Assembly (NCBI GenBank): GCA_047946875.1 | Contig: CP181398.1 | Location: forward strand, 969,041-1,033,040 | Direction: 5' to 3' | Origin: Candidatus Kerfeldbacteria bacterium | Lineage (GTDB): Bacteria; Patescibacteriota; Patescibacteriia; UBA10025; JAHIVO01 | Length of the DNA stretch: 64,000 bases | Part shown: in pieces, positions 20,637 to 31,013 of the stretch | Layout of the letters: each line of letters begins with the position of its first letter | Numbering within the stretch: position 1 is the first letter of the stretch | Program-made: the position numbers and the translations under genes | The notes under the pieces: generated by a model | Databases searched by the model: none | Told to the model about the DNA's origin: nothing | The model's input: only the letters and a program-made list of their open reading frames with translations

Positions 20637-20810
20637 ATTTCCTCCATAAAATAGTTAATGAAAAGAACTGTTTTATTTTTTGTAATTAAAGTAGCTTAAC
20701 CACTTTTCGTTTTATTGTCAAGGATATATTGTGACCAAAAAAAGTAAAAATAATAAAATTATTTAATATAAAAATTAAACATTCACATTAATTAATAAAG
20801 AGATAAATAT

Positions 20811-21338
20811 CTAAAATGCATTATATAAAAATAATACTACACCGACTGAACCGACTAATAACAATAAAGTATCAACTATCCCACCTGTTTTAACTCTCAA
20901 TGCCTTAGGTAACAATCCTAAACGTTTTTTAATTGGCCAAAAAAATTCAATTCCTGATTTTGTTAAGGCATCAAGAACTAAATGACTAACATAACCTAGC
21001 ATTATCACTAAGGTAATTACAGAGTAAGTATTAGGAATCGCTGACATTAGGCCGACTGACAACAGTATCAATATTAATAAAGAATGCATTACACCTCGAT
21101 GACGAAATATGGATGAAATAACAAAAGCAATAGGTAAAAATGGTTTGAACCAAATTTTAGTTCCTCCGATATATCCACCTACTTTCAAATTTTTAATTTT
21201 TGATTCCGAAGCATCCAAATCTGGTAACAAGGCAGCCAAAGCACCAACAGCTACAAGCCAAGGATCAACCACAGTACCAACTAAAAAAGGGATCCAAACT
21301 ACATTGGCTCCGATTATTGCATGTGTCTTACCTTTCAT
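20811..21338 (-). CDS. YdjM-like metal-dependent membrane hydrolase
   Basis: TH, LLPDLD, HRGVMHSL and SHLVLDALT..G motifs. Confidence 0.9.
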   Translation of the reverse strand: MKGKTHAIIGANVVWIPFLVGTVVDPWLVAVGALAALLPDLDASESKIKNLKVGGYIGGTKIWFKPFLPIAFVISSIFRHRGVMHSLLILILLSVGLMSAIPNTYSVITLVIMLGYVSHLVLDALTKSGIEFFWPIKKRLGLLPKALRVKTGGIVDTLLLLVGSVGVVLFLYNAF

Positions 21339-22460
21339 TTATTTTTTTTCTAATGTTATTTCTACTATCTCTGGAAAGTTACCAATCCGCATTGGCGGTC
21401 CCCAAGTACCAACCCCATTAGATGTATATATAGTAAAATCATTATCTGTGTGTAATCCATAATAATAATCACCATAAACTAATTTTGCTATCCAACCAAA
21501 TGGCCACATCTGTCCTTTATGTGTATGGCCAGATAACAATAAATCTACTCCCGCTTCTTTAACCATTTTCCATACCTGTTCTTTCGGTTCATGGTATAAA
21601 ACTATACTGGGACGACTATTATCCAGTTTATTCAAAACGGGCTTCAAGTCGTGCTCAGCTCCTGGCATTGGATAATCTATTCCTAATATTTGTAATCCTT
21701 CAATCTCAATCAACTCATCACGCAAAGTTATCGCACTTGTTTCACTTACTGCTTTTAATGCGGCTTCCAAACCAATATATGTTTCATGATTACCATCAAT
21801 ATAATATGTCCCATGTGTAACCTTGAAATCATTAATTGGCTCTGCAAGATGATTTAGTTTTTGACCTGCTCCATCAAATAAATCTCCGGTCAGAAAAATA
21901 ATATCAGGATTTAATTCATTAACCTGCTTAACCAACTTATTCATGAATCCTCTATGATAGATAGTTCCTAAATGAATATCTGAAAGTTGAATAATTTTCT
22001 TTCCCTGCCAATAATCTGGCAAGTCTCTTATACTGACATTTATGCTTTTAACTCTTGGGTGAAAAGCATTCCATATACCATAGCTAGAATATGCTACTGC
22101 GGCAACCAATAATACAATTGAAATTGCCATTATCGGGAACTTAATATCTGCATATCTACCCAACCAGATAAACCCCCAAGTAGCTGAAACTGACAAAGCT
22201 ATATACCATACCATCCCTAACCAAACTGCAGAAATCAAATATAAATTACTTATAAATGGTGTTTCGTGCCAGTGAACCAACCCCATCCCAACAATAAAAC
22301 TAATAGACATAATTCCAAGAAATATGCCTAATATTTCTTTGACCATCAAACTATTAATACTAAAAAATTTAATAAAAGATATCCAAAGACCAGCATGACC
22401 AGTGACCATCATAACTAAAGATAGTAAAACAAAGATTATTATAAAAAGTTTTATATACAT
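21339..22460 (-). CDS. Membrane metallophosphoesterase (YkuE-like)
   Basis: N-terminal TM helices; SDIH, TGDLFD, GNHE and SGHTHKGQ motifs. Confidence 0.92.
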   Translation of the reverse strand: MYIKLFIIIFVLLSLVMMVTGHAGLWISFIKFFSINSLMVKEILGIFLGIMSISFIVGMGLVHWHETPFISNLYLISAVWLGMVWYIALSVSATWGFIWLGRYADIKFPIMAISIVLLVAAVAYSSYGIWNAFHPRVKSINVSIRDLPDYWQGKKIIQLSDIHLGTIYHRGFMNKLVKQVNELNPDIIFLTGDLFDGAGQKLNHLAEPINDFKVTHGTYYIDGNHETYIGLEAALKAVSETSAITLRDELIEIEGLQILGIDYPMPGAEHDLKPVLNKLDNSRPSIVLYHEPKEQVWKMVKEAGVDLLLSGHTHKGQMWPFGWIAKLVYGDYYYGLHTDNDFTIYTSNGVGTWGPPMRIGNFPEIVEITLEKK

Positions 22461-22511
22461 GGTATATAGTATAATTGTTTCGAAATAAATAGCAAACCAA
22501 CAATTTTTAAC

Positions 22512-23495
22512 TTATTTATTCATGGCTAGCTTGATTTGTTGAGAAAGAAACTCTCCAAAACTTAACCCAATAGCTTTAGCCTCTTTTGGGCAAATACTTT
22601 CTTCTGTGATCCCAGGAATAGTATTAATTTCTAGAAAATAATATACATTGTCCTTCAAAATAAAGTCGGTCCTTGTAAGGCCATCACCACCTATCAATAA
22701 ATGAATTTGTTTTGACAGCTCTTGTACCTTTTTCGTCTGACCTGAAGTTATTTTTGCCGGGCATATCTCATCAACCCAATCATCATCATACTTAGCTTTA
22801 AAATCAAAAAATTTATTTTTGGGGACTATCTCTACTGGCGGTAATATAACTATTTTACCCTTTTCAGAATTTCCTAATACCCCACAAGTTATTTCCCGAC
22901 CATCTATGAACTCTTCTACCAAGACAGTATTATCTTCTTTGAAAGCAAGTTTTAAAGCCTTTGGTAGCTCTTTTAGACTTTCTACTCGACTTATGCCAAG
23001 ACTTGATCCAGATTTATTTGGTTTAACAAAGCATGGATAAGTCAAAACGTTTTTTAATGACTTAACATCTTTAAAACTTTTTTCAATTACTAGTTGTTTC
23101 GGAACAGCAACTCCTGATAATTTAACAAGTTCGCTGGTCTTAATTTTGTCCATTGCCAGAGCACTAGCCAAAACGCCAGAGCCCGTATACGGCAATCCAA
23201 TAATATCTAATAAAGCTTGGATTTTCCCATCCTCTCCAAACTGTCCGTGTAATGCTATAAATGCAACATCGAATTTTTTTAGCTCAGATTTTTTATAACC
23301 AGTTTTTGAATCGTATAATTTTAACGGTTTTTTATTATTATAAAGCCAACGACCATCCTTGGTAATATTAATTAAGATTGATATGTATTTGTCTTCAGGC
23401 AAATTATCATATACCTGCTTCGCCGATTTTATTGATACACTCCTCTCACTTGAAGTACCTCCGCTGATAACGGCTACTTTGATTTTCTTAGACAT
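22512..23495 (-). CDS. ddl: D-alanine--D-alanine ligase
   Basis: GGTSSERSVS, LHGQFGEDG, SALAMDK, GSSLG, KY and EINTIPG motifs. Confidence 0.96.
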   Translation of the reverse strand: MSKKIKVAVISGGTSSERSVSIKSAKQVYDNLPEDKYISILINITKDGRWLYNNKKPLKLYDSKTGYKKSELKKFDVAFIALHGQFGEDGKIQALLDIIGLPYTGSGVLASALAMDKIKTSELVKLSGVAVPKQLVIEKSFKDVKSLKNVLTYPCFVKPNKSGSSLGISRVESLKELPKALKLAFKEDNTVLVEEFIDGREITCGVLGNSEKGKIVILPPVEIVPKNKFFDFKAKYDDDWVDEICPAKITSGQTKKVQELSKQIHLLIGGDGLTRTDFILKDNVYYFLEINTIPGITEESICPKEAKAIGLSFGEFLSQQIKLAMNK

Positions 23496-23581
23496 AAATT
23501 AATCCTTTCTTTAATTATTATATATCTAATTCAATAAATAAAAAAGTACTCAAGTTGCCTTAAGTACTTTATCTTTACTTT

Positions 23582-24211
23582 CTAATCGAAATCTCTGTTT
23601 GTATTGACATCCAAAGCGATATCTATCACTTGGTGCTCATTGGGATACTTTTTATAAAGCATCTCTTTTAGATCAGGCGAATCTTTATCAGATCCATCTT
23701 TTATCTTCGTCTTGCGATGGGTGAAGGCATCAACAAAATCACAAATTGATACAATCATTGCAATATCAAGTAGTTTTTTTATTGTTGCCAAGCCCCAGTC
23801 TTTTGGAAAATCTTCGATGGTCAGACCATAGCCTGCATCATACATAGCATGATGAAGACCAGCACAAAGCGCAGTAAATAAATGATGACCCTGAAGAGCA
23901 AGGAGACCATTTAGTGCATGTGTCTTTATTTCAGCATATTCTTCACCAGAAATGTCGTGACCATCAAACAATTCATATGGTAAAACCAATTTACCAATAT
24001 CATGAAGTACTCCAGCAAAAAATGCAGCCTTGCTGTCTTTCTCCAACCTTATTGCCACTCTATCAGATAGCAATGCTACCCTTTCAACGTGACCTTTAAC
24101 TGAACCATGGTTAATAGAGCTAAGAATCAGAAAAAAATTAGCCGTATGCTCCAAGTCACCCTGAGGCTTATACAATTTAATTCCAGTTTGAACTAGTATG
24201 GACGCGTCCAT
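23582..24211 (-). CDS. HD domain phosphohydrolase (HD-GYP-like)
   Basis: HVERVA, LHDIGK, HH, GYG and DFVDA motifs. Confidence 0.85.
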   Translation of the reverse strand: MDASILVQTGIKLYKPQGDLEHTANFFLILSSINHGSVKGHVERVALLSDRVAIRLEKDSKAAFFAGVLHDIGKLVLPYELFDGHDISGEEYAEIKTHALNGLLALQGHHLFTALCAGLHHAMYDAGYGLTIEDFPKDWGLATIKKLLDIAMIVSICDFVDAFTHRKTKIKDGSDKDSPDLKEMLYKKYPNEHQVIDIALDVNTNRDFD

Positions 24212-24330
24212 ATATCGCCTTCCTTCATTTTAAATGTTCTATTTTATTTCATAATAATTTAACACCTAATCTATAATAAGTCAATAAATAAAAAAGGACT
24301 GAAATTAACTTTCAATCCTTTGTAAAATAT

Positions 24331-25179
24331 TTAAGGTACGTAATTAACAGAATCTGCATTGACCATAAACCAATGCGATCCTTTTAAGAAATCGTGACAT
24401 TGAGGACTCGCCACCTTACCATAGTATGGCGCGGTAAACTTTATCACAATTTCAGCATTAGCCGGTACCTCCATAGGACCGACCCAAATCATAAGGCTTT
24501 TCTCACCATAAACTTGAAAAAAGATCTCTTCTCCGTTTACGAATATAGCTGGCTCGACATCACTTGGCTTATTGCCTAATGTTATCCGATCAAAACCCAA
24601 TAGAACTCTCTGAGAGTATGGATTATTTAGATTGACAGTGTCTGCCCACTTCTCCCATTCAAGTTTCCATGGGCTACATTCATAATACACAAGATCATGA
24701 ATTGGAATATACACTGTATCAGTCTCAGTAATAATCTGGATAACTGTATCCGGAGGCAACTCCACAAACGTGGTGTCAAAGATTGTGACTGTATCTGGTG
24801 GAAGTTCCACGAATGTAGTATCAAATATTGTTACTGTATCCGGAGGCAGTTCTATTAATATAGTATCAACACGATCTATATATAGAGTATCAATTCTATC
24901 AACAAAAGTTGTATCATAATGATTCACAATTACCATATGTATTTCTATAATAATTGTTGTATCATAAACATATTCAACAACCGTATCAATTTCTACAACA
25001 ATTGTTGTATCGTAATGATCAAAAACTAAAGTATCAACCTGAACAACAATTGTTGAATCATACTCAACGACTGTGTCCGTATCAACATCTGACCCACTTA
25101 TGTCCATCGGATCAGAACAGTTGATAGATAGTAATAGACTCATTAACCCAAAAAAGCAAAGTAAGATTGGCCGCTTCAT
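24331..25179 (-). CDS. Putative lipoprotein with a DT-periodic repeat stalk
   Basis: Signal ending INC-SDP; many DT(V/T)xx repeats. Confidence 0.65.
   Translation of the reverse strand: MKRPILLCFFGLMSLLLSINCSDPMDISGSDVDTDTVVEYDSTIVVQVDTLVFDHYDTTIVVEIDTVVEYVYDTTIIIEIHMVIVNHYDTTFVDRIDTLYIDRVDTILIELPPDTVTIFDTTFVELPPDTVTIFDTTFVELPPDTVIQIITETDTVYIPIHDLVYYECSPWKLEWEKWADTVNLNNPYSQRVLLGFDRITLGNKPSDVEPAIFVNGEEIFFQVYGEKSLMIWVGPMEVPANAEIVIKFTAPYYGKVASPQCHDFLKGSHWFMVNADSVNYVP
24742..24851 (-). repeat. 45-bp intragenic tandem repeat (ELPPDTVTIFDTTFV)
   Basis: Two full 15-aa units plus a partial unit, with synonymous DNA differences. Confidence 0.8.
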
Positions 25180-26126
25180 TTTTCACCTCCGAAAAAAAGG
25201 TTATAAGAGACGGAAATCAACCATTGATTTTTTTTGGATACAGCATAATCTCGGTCCATTTCTGCCAACCTTTGCTTATTAGGAAAATATTTTCCTTCAA
25301 GCTCAAAGTTTTCAAAAAATTGAAACCGTATACCCATAGTCAAACCTTCTGACATTAGAGCATACTTATAATGATGCTGCGAAATTTCTTCCAAGCGAAT
25401 CCAACCGGCAGAAAAACCTACCGTCTTTTTTTCAAATGGAAAAATTACTAACTGACCACCAGTAAACCGGGACCAAGTATCATGAGATTTACCAGCTACA
25501 TCCCGACTATCTGACCAAAATGTATGACCGAACAATCCTTCTATATACAGCCATTTTTTATAAACGACCGCACCAGAAACAAACGGAATAATACCAGATG
25601 GAGTGCTGGTAACACCTAGTCCAAGCTTCAGACCAAATTCATCATTATAATAATTATGATGAATCTCTTTTACCTGAATTTGTGGCACCAGATAAACTGT
25701 ATCTGCTTTTGGCATTGGTAATGGCAATTCTCTTCTGACGCGAATACTAGAATAACGATATTCATCACCTTTTACTTTGACATCCGTTGACTGAATAATT
25801 AACTGTGTAGAATCTACACAAAATTTTTCAATCATTAACTGCTTTAACACATGGGCTCTACCCAAGGCTAGGCCAGGATTTTTTGTGTCATTGTTTTTAT
25901 GATATTTATAGCCATCAGCTACACCTGTAATAATGCCATCGGCAGTCGGATTCTGATTAAGAACATCAGCAACTTCTTGCAATTGGCTATAAACAGGTTC
26001 GAAAAAATCATTGCTGACACTACCAGCTACCCCTTTTGGGTATCCAGCAATTACGACTTCCTGCGACCACCCATGTGCGGTCATTAAGAAAATCATTACC
26101 AGCAAATAACAAATAGGTTTCTTCAA
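25176..26126 (-). CDS. OmpA-like peptidoglycan-binding domain plus C-terminal beta-barrel-like domain
   Basis: Signal peptide; ITGVADG...NPGLALGRA; amphipathic strands ending ISVSYNLF. Confidence 0.6.
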   Translation of the reverse strand: MKKPICYLLVMIFLMTAHGWSQEVVIAGYPKGVAGSVSNDFFEPVYSQLQEVADVLNQNPTADGIITGVADGYKYHKNNDTKNPGLALGRAHVLKQLMIEKFCVDSTQLIIQSTDVKVKGDEYRYSSIRVRRELPLPMPKADTVYLVPQIQVKEIHHNYYNDEFGLKLGLGVTSTPSGIIPFVSGAVVYKKWLYIEGLFGHTFWSDSRDVAGKSHDTWSRFTGGQLVIFPFEKKTVGFSAGWIRLEEISQHHYKYALMSEGLTMGIRFQFFENFELEGKYFPNKQRLAEMDRDYAVSKKNQWLISVSYNLFFGGEK

Positions 26127-26426
26127 AACTACTCCTTTGGTTAATTGAATTTATTGTATAAACTATCCTTGTTTTTAAAGTTCTATCCTTTCTCCTATAT
26201 TTTATGTTCATTTTATGAATTAACTATTCTAGTACACGTTATGATATATGTCAAGCTTATTTATACAAAAAAAGAACACCTTATTAAAATGTGAATTTAC
26301 AAAGACAGTCAGGAAAAGTGAAATTAGAATTGGTGTTGGCAAAAATCCGGAACACTTGCTATTATTGGATATTTCGACAAATAAAAAAAGAGTTCTGACA
26401 AAATGACAAAACCCTTATTATTGAAG

Positions 26427-26648
26427 CTACATACTTCGACAAACGTTACCGCAAAAACTGTTACGGAACAATGCTCCGAAATAATACTGGAAACCTTTCC
26501 GAAAACTATTCTCAGAAATAATAGCTGACGGAAACCATCCACCACTTAGGCTAAATAGAAACCAATTGATTTGCTGTGTAGCAAGAGAGATTATCCCTCC
26601 AACAACAGCAACGACTAAGTAGGTCCACAAAAAATAATTCCATTTCAT
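26427..26648 (-). CDS. Small hypothetical membrane protein
   Basis: AGGAGG RBS; hydrophobic N-terminus. Confidence 0.45.
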   Translation of the reverse strand: MKWNYFLWTYLVVAVVGGIISLATQQINWFLFSLSGGWFPSAIISENSFRKGFQYYFGALFRNSFCGNVCRSM

Positions 26649-26775
26649 AATGAAATTCCTCCTACGATAGTTAAAGAACTACGTTTAGATTATCAATATA
26701 TTCTAAATTCAGCAAATAAAAAAGTCCATTAGATTATTATCTTCCAACGTCCGAGTTATCATCAATTATTTTTAT

Positions 26776-27135
26776 TTACCTTAAAATATTTTCTAAATCT
26801 ATTTGCAATTTACCAACCCAACTATCTAGCTCATCAAATGTCGCGTCACGATTTTTAAATTCATTAAAAATCTTATTAATTTCACTGGGTAACATTTTTT
26901 CTGAATACTCCTTTACCTCTTTAACTTCTTCTGTTTCTAATGCTAAGGCTGTCTCAATCGGCAACTTCATTTCTTCATGCACCCCTAAAACCATTGGCAT
27001 AGATTTGGTAATCTCTACAACCACGGTTGGTTTATTTATTTCTGTACTGTAATACCAAAAAAAACCAGTACTAGAAATACCGACTACTACTATTATGGCA
27101 AGGTATGCTATCTCATTAGACCAACGTTGAATCAT
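26776..27135 (-). CDS. Hypothetical membrane-anchored protein
   Basis: N-terminal TM helix; upstream TTGACA-16-TATAAT. Confidence 0.6.
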   Translation of the reverse strand: MIQRWSNEIAYLAIIVVVGISSTGFFWYYSTEINKPTVVVEITKSMPMVLGVHEEMKLPIETALALETEEVKEVKEYSEKMLPSEINKIFNEFKNRDATFDELDSWVGKLQIDLENILR

Positions 27136-27190
27136 AAATTTATTCCTTAATACAACATTATATCCATTTACCCTACTTTGTCAATGAAAG

Positions 27191-29455
27191 TTATATGTCG
27201 TCCTTTTCTAAATGGTCGTCTGATTTACTATTATTTATGTAGAATTTTTTTATTAACAAACCTCCAATTATTATTATTAAAAAACCGACTGTAATATATA
27301 GATATAATTTTACCTGTTTATCTTTGTTATTAGGCATAAATTCATATGTCTCAGTTTCATCAATATCAACTCCTAAAACCTTAGTAGAATTAGGCTCAAT
27401 TTGCCTTTTTGTAATAGAAATATCCTCCTCTGTACGAGGTAATAAACGTAGCCCAGCTGAAGTTTTGTCCAACAATCCAACTACAGTCATCTTATCTCCA
27501 GGCTCAACATCTGGCTTATTAATATTGGTCTTTTTTTGTATATAAACACGTAATAAATGACCAGCTTCATCCATTAAATATATGCTCAAACTTTTAATAC
27601 TTTCTACCTCACCAGTAACAATCAATACCCTTCCTAATAATGTTTCATTAACATTACTAATATTTATTTCCATCGGGCTTAAATTTTCCAGTTCTTCTTG
27701 TGCCATTTCAACTTCGTTGTCAATTTCACTGAAGACAATTATATTTTCATTACTTGGTGTTATTTCTTCTGTCCAGCTCCATTGGTTATTATTCCTATCA
27801 TAAGAAAATGATAAATCTGATTTTGCATCCTTATATTCTACTCCGTTAATAATTTTATCCCTCGGATCTATTAGATAAATTACATCACCAGAATTATTCA
27901 AAGTTATTTTACTTTCTTTTCTATCAACAACTAAATAGTCACCTTGTTCAATTATTTCATTCGGGAAAAAATATTCATTTTTTAGATCGGTTAACTTCCA
28001 TCCTGCCAAATTTATCTCTCGACCATCATCATTATAGATCTCTATAAACTCGCAATCAGCATCTGCTCCTTCGCATGATGGTAAAATTTCGGATAAAATT
28101 ATTTTATCTGAATAATCATAATCAGTCACATGAATAATTTGTTCTATAATATCTTCAGCTCCCAACTCATCTATTACAGTCAGAGAAATTACATAGTCAC
28201 CAACCTGTTTATAACTATACTCAACTTCAGGTGTTTCAAGAAAATCCTCATTACCAAAATTCCATCTAAATAATAATTTATCCTCATCTGGATCACTTGA
28301 AGATGAGGCATCAAGCTGAATAATTTGTCCCACTCTAACGTTTATCTCTTCCAATTCGAACTTGGCAACTGGCGGATTGTTATCAATAACGAAATTATTT
28401 GCCCTCCCAGGAGTGTAATCACTTGACCAAATCCATTGTTCACTTATTAGGCTGTAGGACTTATCTTCTTGGCTTTTTTCATATTCAATTTTTTCTACCA
28501 GCGTACCATTAGCATCGTAAAGATAAGCTGCGTCTGTTGTATTGTTTAAACTAATTTTTGATATTTCTTTCTCAATTACTATATATTGATTTGGACCAAC
28601 AAAAGTAGTATCAAAATCGTCTATACTTATTATATATCTCCGCGTACTATTATCTCCCAACTGCCAGCCAGCTAAATTTATTTCTTTTGTATCATTATTA
28701 TATAGCTCTATAAACTCACTATCGTCTGATCCTAGAGGATTTGGAAATAATTCTGTTATTATAATATCCCCAAATCCTCCTTCCATTATTGGATTATCAG
28801 AATTATTGTCTGGAATTACTATTTCTAGGTACTCAACTTCCGAGCTTGAATTCTGAGGCGTAAGCTGTGAGCTTATAATAAAATCATTTGCATTATTATC
28901 AGTATCTTCACTATTACCTAAAAAATAATCCTTGCCTCCTTCCACCATACTATCTGAGTCAGAAGTACTTTTTGCTTTTCGCTCTATACTTTTATTACTA
29001 CCTGGATTGCTCGTTGCCTCTCCTTCATAATCAGAGGACGCCCCCATGCCCACCTTATCAACTTCTTCGCTCATGTCATTTAATAGTATTACCGAATTAT
29101 TGCTTGAAATTGAATTTGTTGTTGAATAATATATATCTGGGTTAATTTCTCCGCTGTAACCAGCTGGGTGCGCTATTAATATGAATGCGTGAGCTTTAAT
29201 AAGTTTCTCGTTGAAATTTTCTACCAATATATATTCATTCCCAGCAGCGGTCTGTTTTATCAAACTCCAGTTAGCTAAGCTGACATCCTGATCAGTCGGA
29301 TTATATAACTCTAAAAATTCGTCTGTACTAAATCCACTCCCACCAGTTATTTTAATTTCACTGATCACAATATGTTCTGCTTCTGCCGAAACAAAATTTA
29401 TACTAACTATTATAATTACAATTATTATAATAAAATATTTTTCTACTTTTAACAT
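27191..29455 (-). CDS. Lamin-tail domain x3 / PKD / OB-fold surface protein
   Basis: Three I(I/V)SE...EFIELYN...L.GW repeats; PKD (LDASSSSDPD...WNFG); GLRLLPR OB-fold; C-terminal TM helix. Confidence 0.85.
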   Translation of the reverse strand: MLKVEKYFIIIIVIIIVSINFVSAEAEHIVISEIKITGGSGFSTDEFLELYNPTDQDVSLANWSLIKQTAAGNEYILVENFNEKLIKAHAFILIAHPAGYSGEINPDIYYSTTNSISSNNSVILLNDMSEEVDKVGMGASSDYEGEATSNPGSNKSIERKAKSTSDSDSMVEGGKDYFLGNSEDTDNNANDFIISSQLTPQNSSSEVEYLEIVIPDNNSDNPIMEGGFGDIIITELFPNPLGSDDSEFIELYNNDTKEINLAGWQLGDNSTRRYIISIDDFDTTFVGPNQYIVIEKEISKISLNNTTDAAYLYDANGTLVEKIEYEKSQEDKSYSLISEQWIWSSDYTPGRANNFVIDNNPPVAKFELEEINVRVGQIIQLDASSSSDPDEDKLLFRWNFGNEDFLETPEVEYSYKQVGDYVISLTVIDELGAEDIIEQIIHVTDYDYSDKIILSEILPSCEGADADCEFIEIYNDDGREINLAGWKLTDLKNEYFFPNEIIEQGDYLVVDRKESKITLNNSGDVIYLIDPRDKIINGVEYKDAKSDLSFSYDRNNNQWSWTEEITPSNENIIVFSEIDNEVEMAQEELENLSPMEINISNVNETLLGRVLIVTGEVESIKSLSIYLMDEAGHLLRVYIQKKTNINKPDVEPGDKMTVVGLLDKTSAGLRLLPRTEEDISITKRQIEPNSTKVLGVDIDETETYEFMPNNKDKQVKLYLYITVGFLIIIIGGLLIKKFYINNSKSDDHLEKDDI

Positions 29456-29562
29456 AAAATTAATTTTAATTCTTACTCCCTATCTATCCAACCTTATCGA
29501 GACCTTCCCCAAGAACGATAAGGTCAGAAGATAAGGAGTAATCTCCTTATCTACCCACCTTT

Positions 29563-29976
29563 TTATTTTCCCGCCTTACTAACGTCAATTTCCTCAACCA
29601 CAATTTCATCATTTACTTTATCCGTTTGCTTATCTTCTTTATCCTTTGCTCCACCAAGCATAATAAGATTGGTCATAACGATCTCTGTCTTATAATGCTT
29701 GATTTTTTCTTTATCCTCCCAATTACGTGTGCGCAATCTCCCTTCAAGATAAACACGATCACCTTTTTTTAGATACTCACCTACTACATCACCTAATTTG
29801 CCCCAAGCAATAACAGAATGAAACTCTGTATTTTGCTGTTTTGCTTTGGTTTTTGCATCTTTCCAAGTATAGTTAGTTGCTACTCGAAAATCTGCTACCG
29901 ATTGCCCTGAAGACAACGATTTTACTACTGGATCAGCAGCTAAATTGCCGATCAACTCTGCTTTATTAAGATTCAT
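29563..29976 (-). CDS. ssb: Single-stranded DNA-binding protein (short form)
   Basis: MNLNKAELIGNL..DP, TEFHSVIAWGKL and LEGRLRTRNW motifs; no DDIPF tail. Confidence 0.92.
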   Translation of the reverse strand: MNLNKAELIGNLAADPVVKSLSSGQSVADFRVATNYTWKDAKTKAKQQNTEFHSVIAWGKLGDVVGEYLKKGDRVYLEGRLRTRNWEDKEKIKHYKTEIVMTNLIMLGGAKDKEDKQTDKVNDEIVVEEIDVSKAGK

Positions 29977-30361
29977 AACTTTATCCTTTCTCTTTTTGGT
30001 TAGTTTATTATTCATAACTATAGTTTTCCACACCGACGATTGGGCTAGCACCGATCAAAGCTGTTTCCAACTAAATTATTTTTTTAATATTGGCTAATGT
30101 TAGTTAATTAATAAGTTATTGACTTTAATATTTAAAGAGTTAAAATGAAAATAAGCTCTTAGAGAATGTCTTTACTAAATAAGCTTTTCTTATCTGAACT
30201 CTCCTACACGTTAGGATGCTTAAGATGAAAAAGACCGTAATAGAAATTTTCTATATAAAAATACACAGCTTCCAAAATTTGGACGACCGGCCTTTCAAAA
30301 CTAAGGTCGTCTTTTTGGGTTTAGATTATAAAAACTCGAAACTTTCTAACATATTATTTAT

Positions 30362-30952
30362 TTAAAATTTAATTGGTATGGCATCTACTCCTAAAGAAAT
30401 GTCTAACAAATATTTATCTTCACCTACTAACAATGTAAGTGTTTCATTTTCAACATCAATTAATTCAGTGGATAGTGTAAAAACATTATTAATATCCGTA
30501 TAAACTATCTCCGTAAGAGCATATGGATCATAATCACTAGAATCAATATAAAAAAGTGTTATATAATCCCGATCTTCATTTTTAGAAATAAAATATATTC
30601 GAGAATTATTATCATTCCAAATAAACCCAGTGTATTGATGGTTTATTTCACCGTAACCCTGAACAATACTTGAACCTAAATCTCTTTTAGTTTCATCTCC
30701 AAGATTTTTCATTTTTAATCTTTGGGTATTATCGTCATAAGATTCAACATCTAATTCAAATATACCTCCGCTAAAAGTGTAAGATTCCGTATTTAAAATT
30801 GATTTGGTATTACTATTTACAATATTGGTATTTAACTTAATGTTGGTATCCACTTCATTTTTGGGTGAAACAAATATTATAATTGCAATTATTACTCCAA
30901 TAGTTAACAAACCAACTAAATAATTTTTTTTAATTTTTAAATTTTTATTCAT
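30362..30952 (-). CDS. Hypothetical membrane-anchored protein
   Basis: Start reassigned to MNKNLK, followed by a TM helix; this removes the overlap with the M23 gene. Confidence 0.65.
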   Translation of the reverse strand: MNKNLKIKKNYLVGLLTIGVIIAIIIFVSPKNEVDTNIKLNTNIVNSNTKSILNTESYTFSGGIFELDVESYDDNTQRLKMKNLGDETKRDLGSSIVQGYGEINHQYTGFIWNDNNSRIYFISKNEDRDYITLFYIDSSDYDPYALTEIVYTDINNVFTLSTELIDVENETLTLLVGEDKYLLDISLGVDAIPIKF

Positions 30953-30969
30953 ATATTTTTTAAATAATT

Positions 30970-30991
30970 GGGGAGAGATTATTCTCTCCCC
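30970..30991 (-). terminator. Hairpin after the M23 gene
   Basis: GGGGAGAGA/TCTCTCCCC stem; weak T-tract. Confidence 0.55.
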
Positions 30992-31013
30992 AATAATATG
31001 TAGGCTAAATAGC

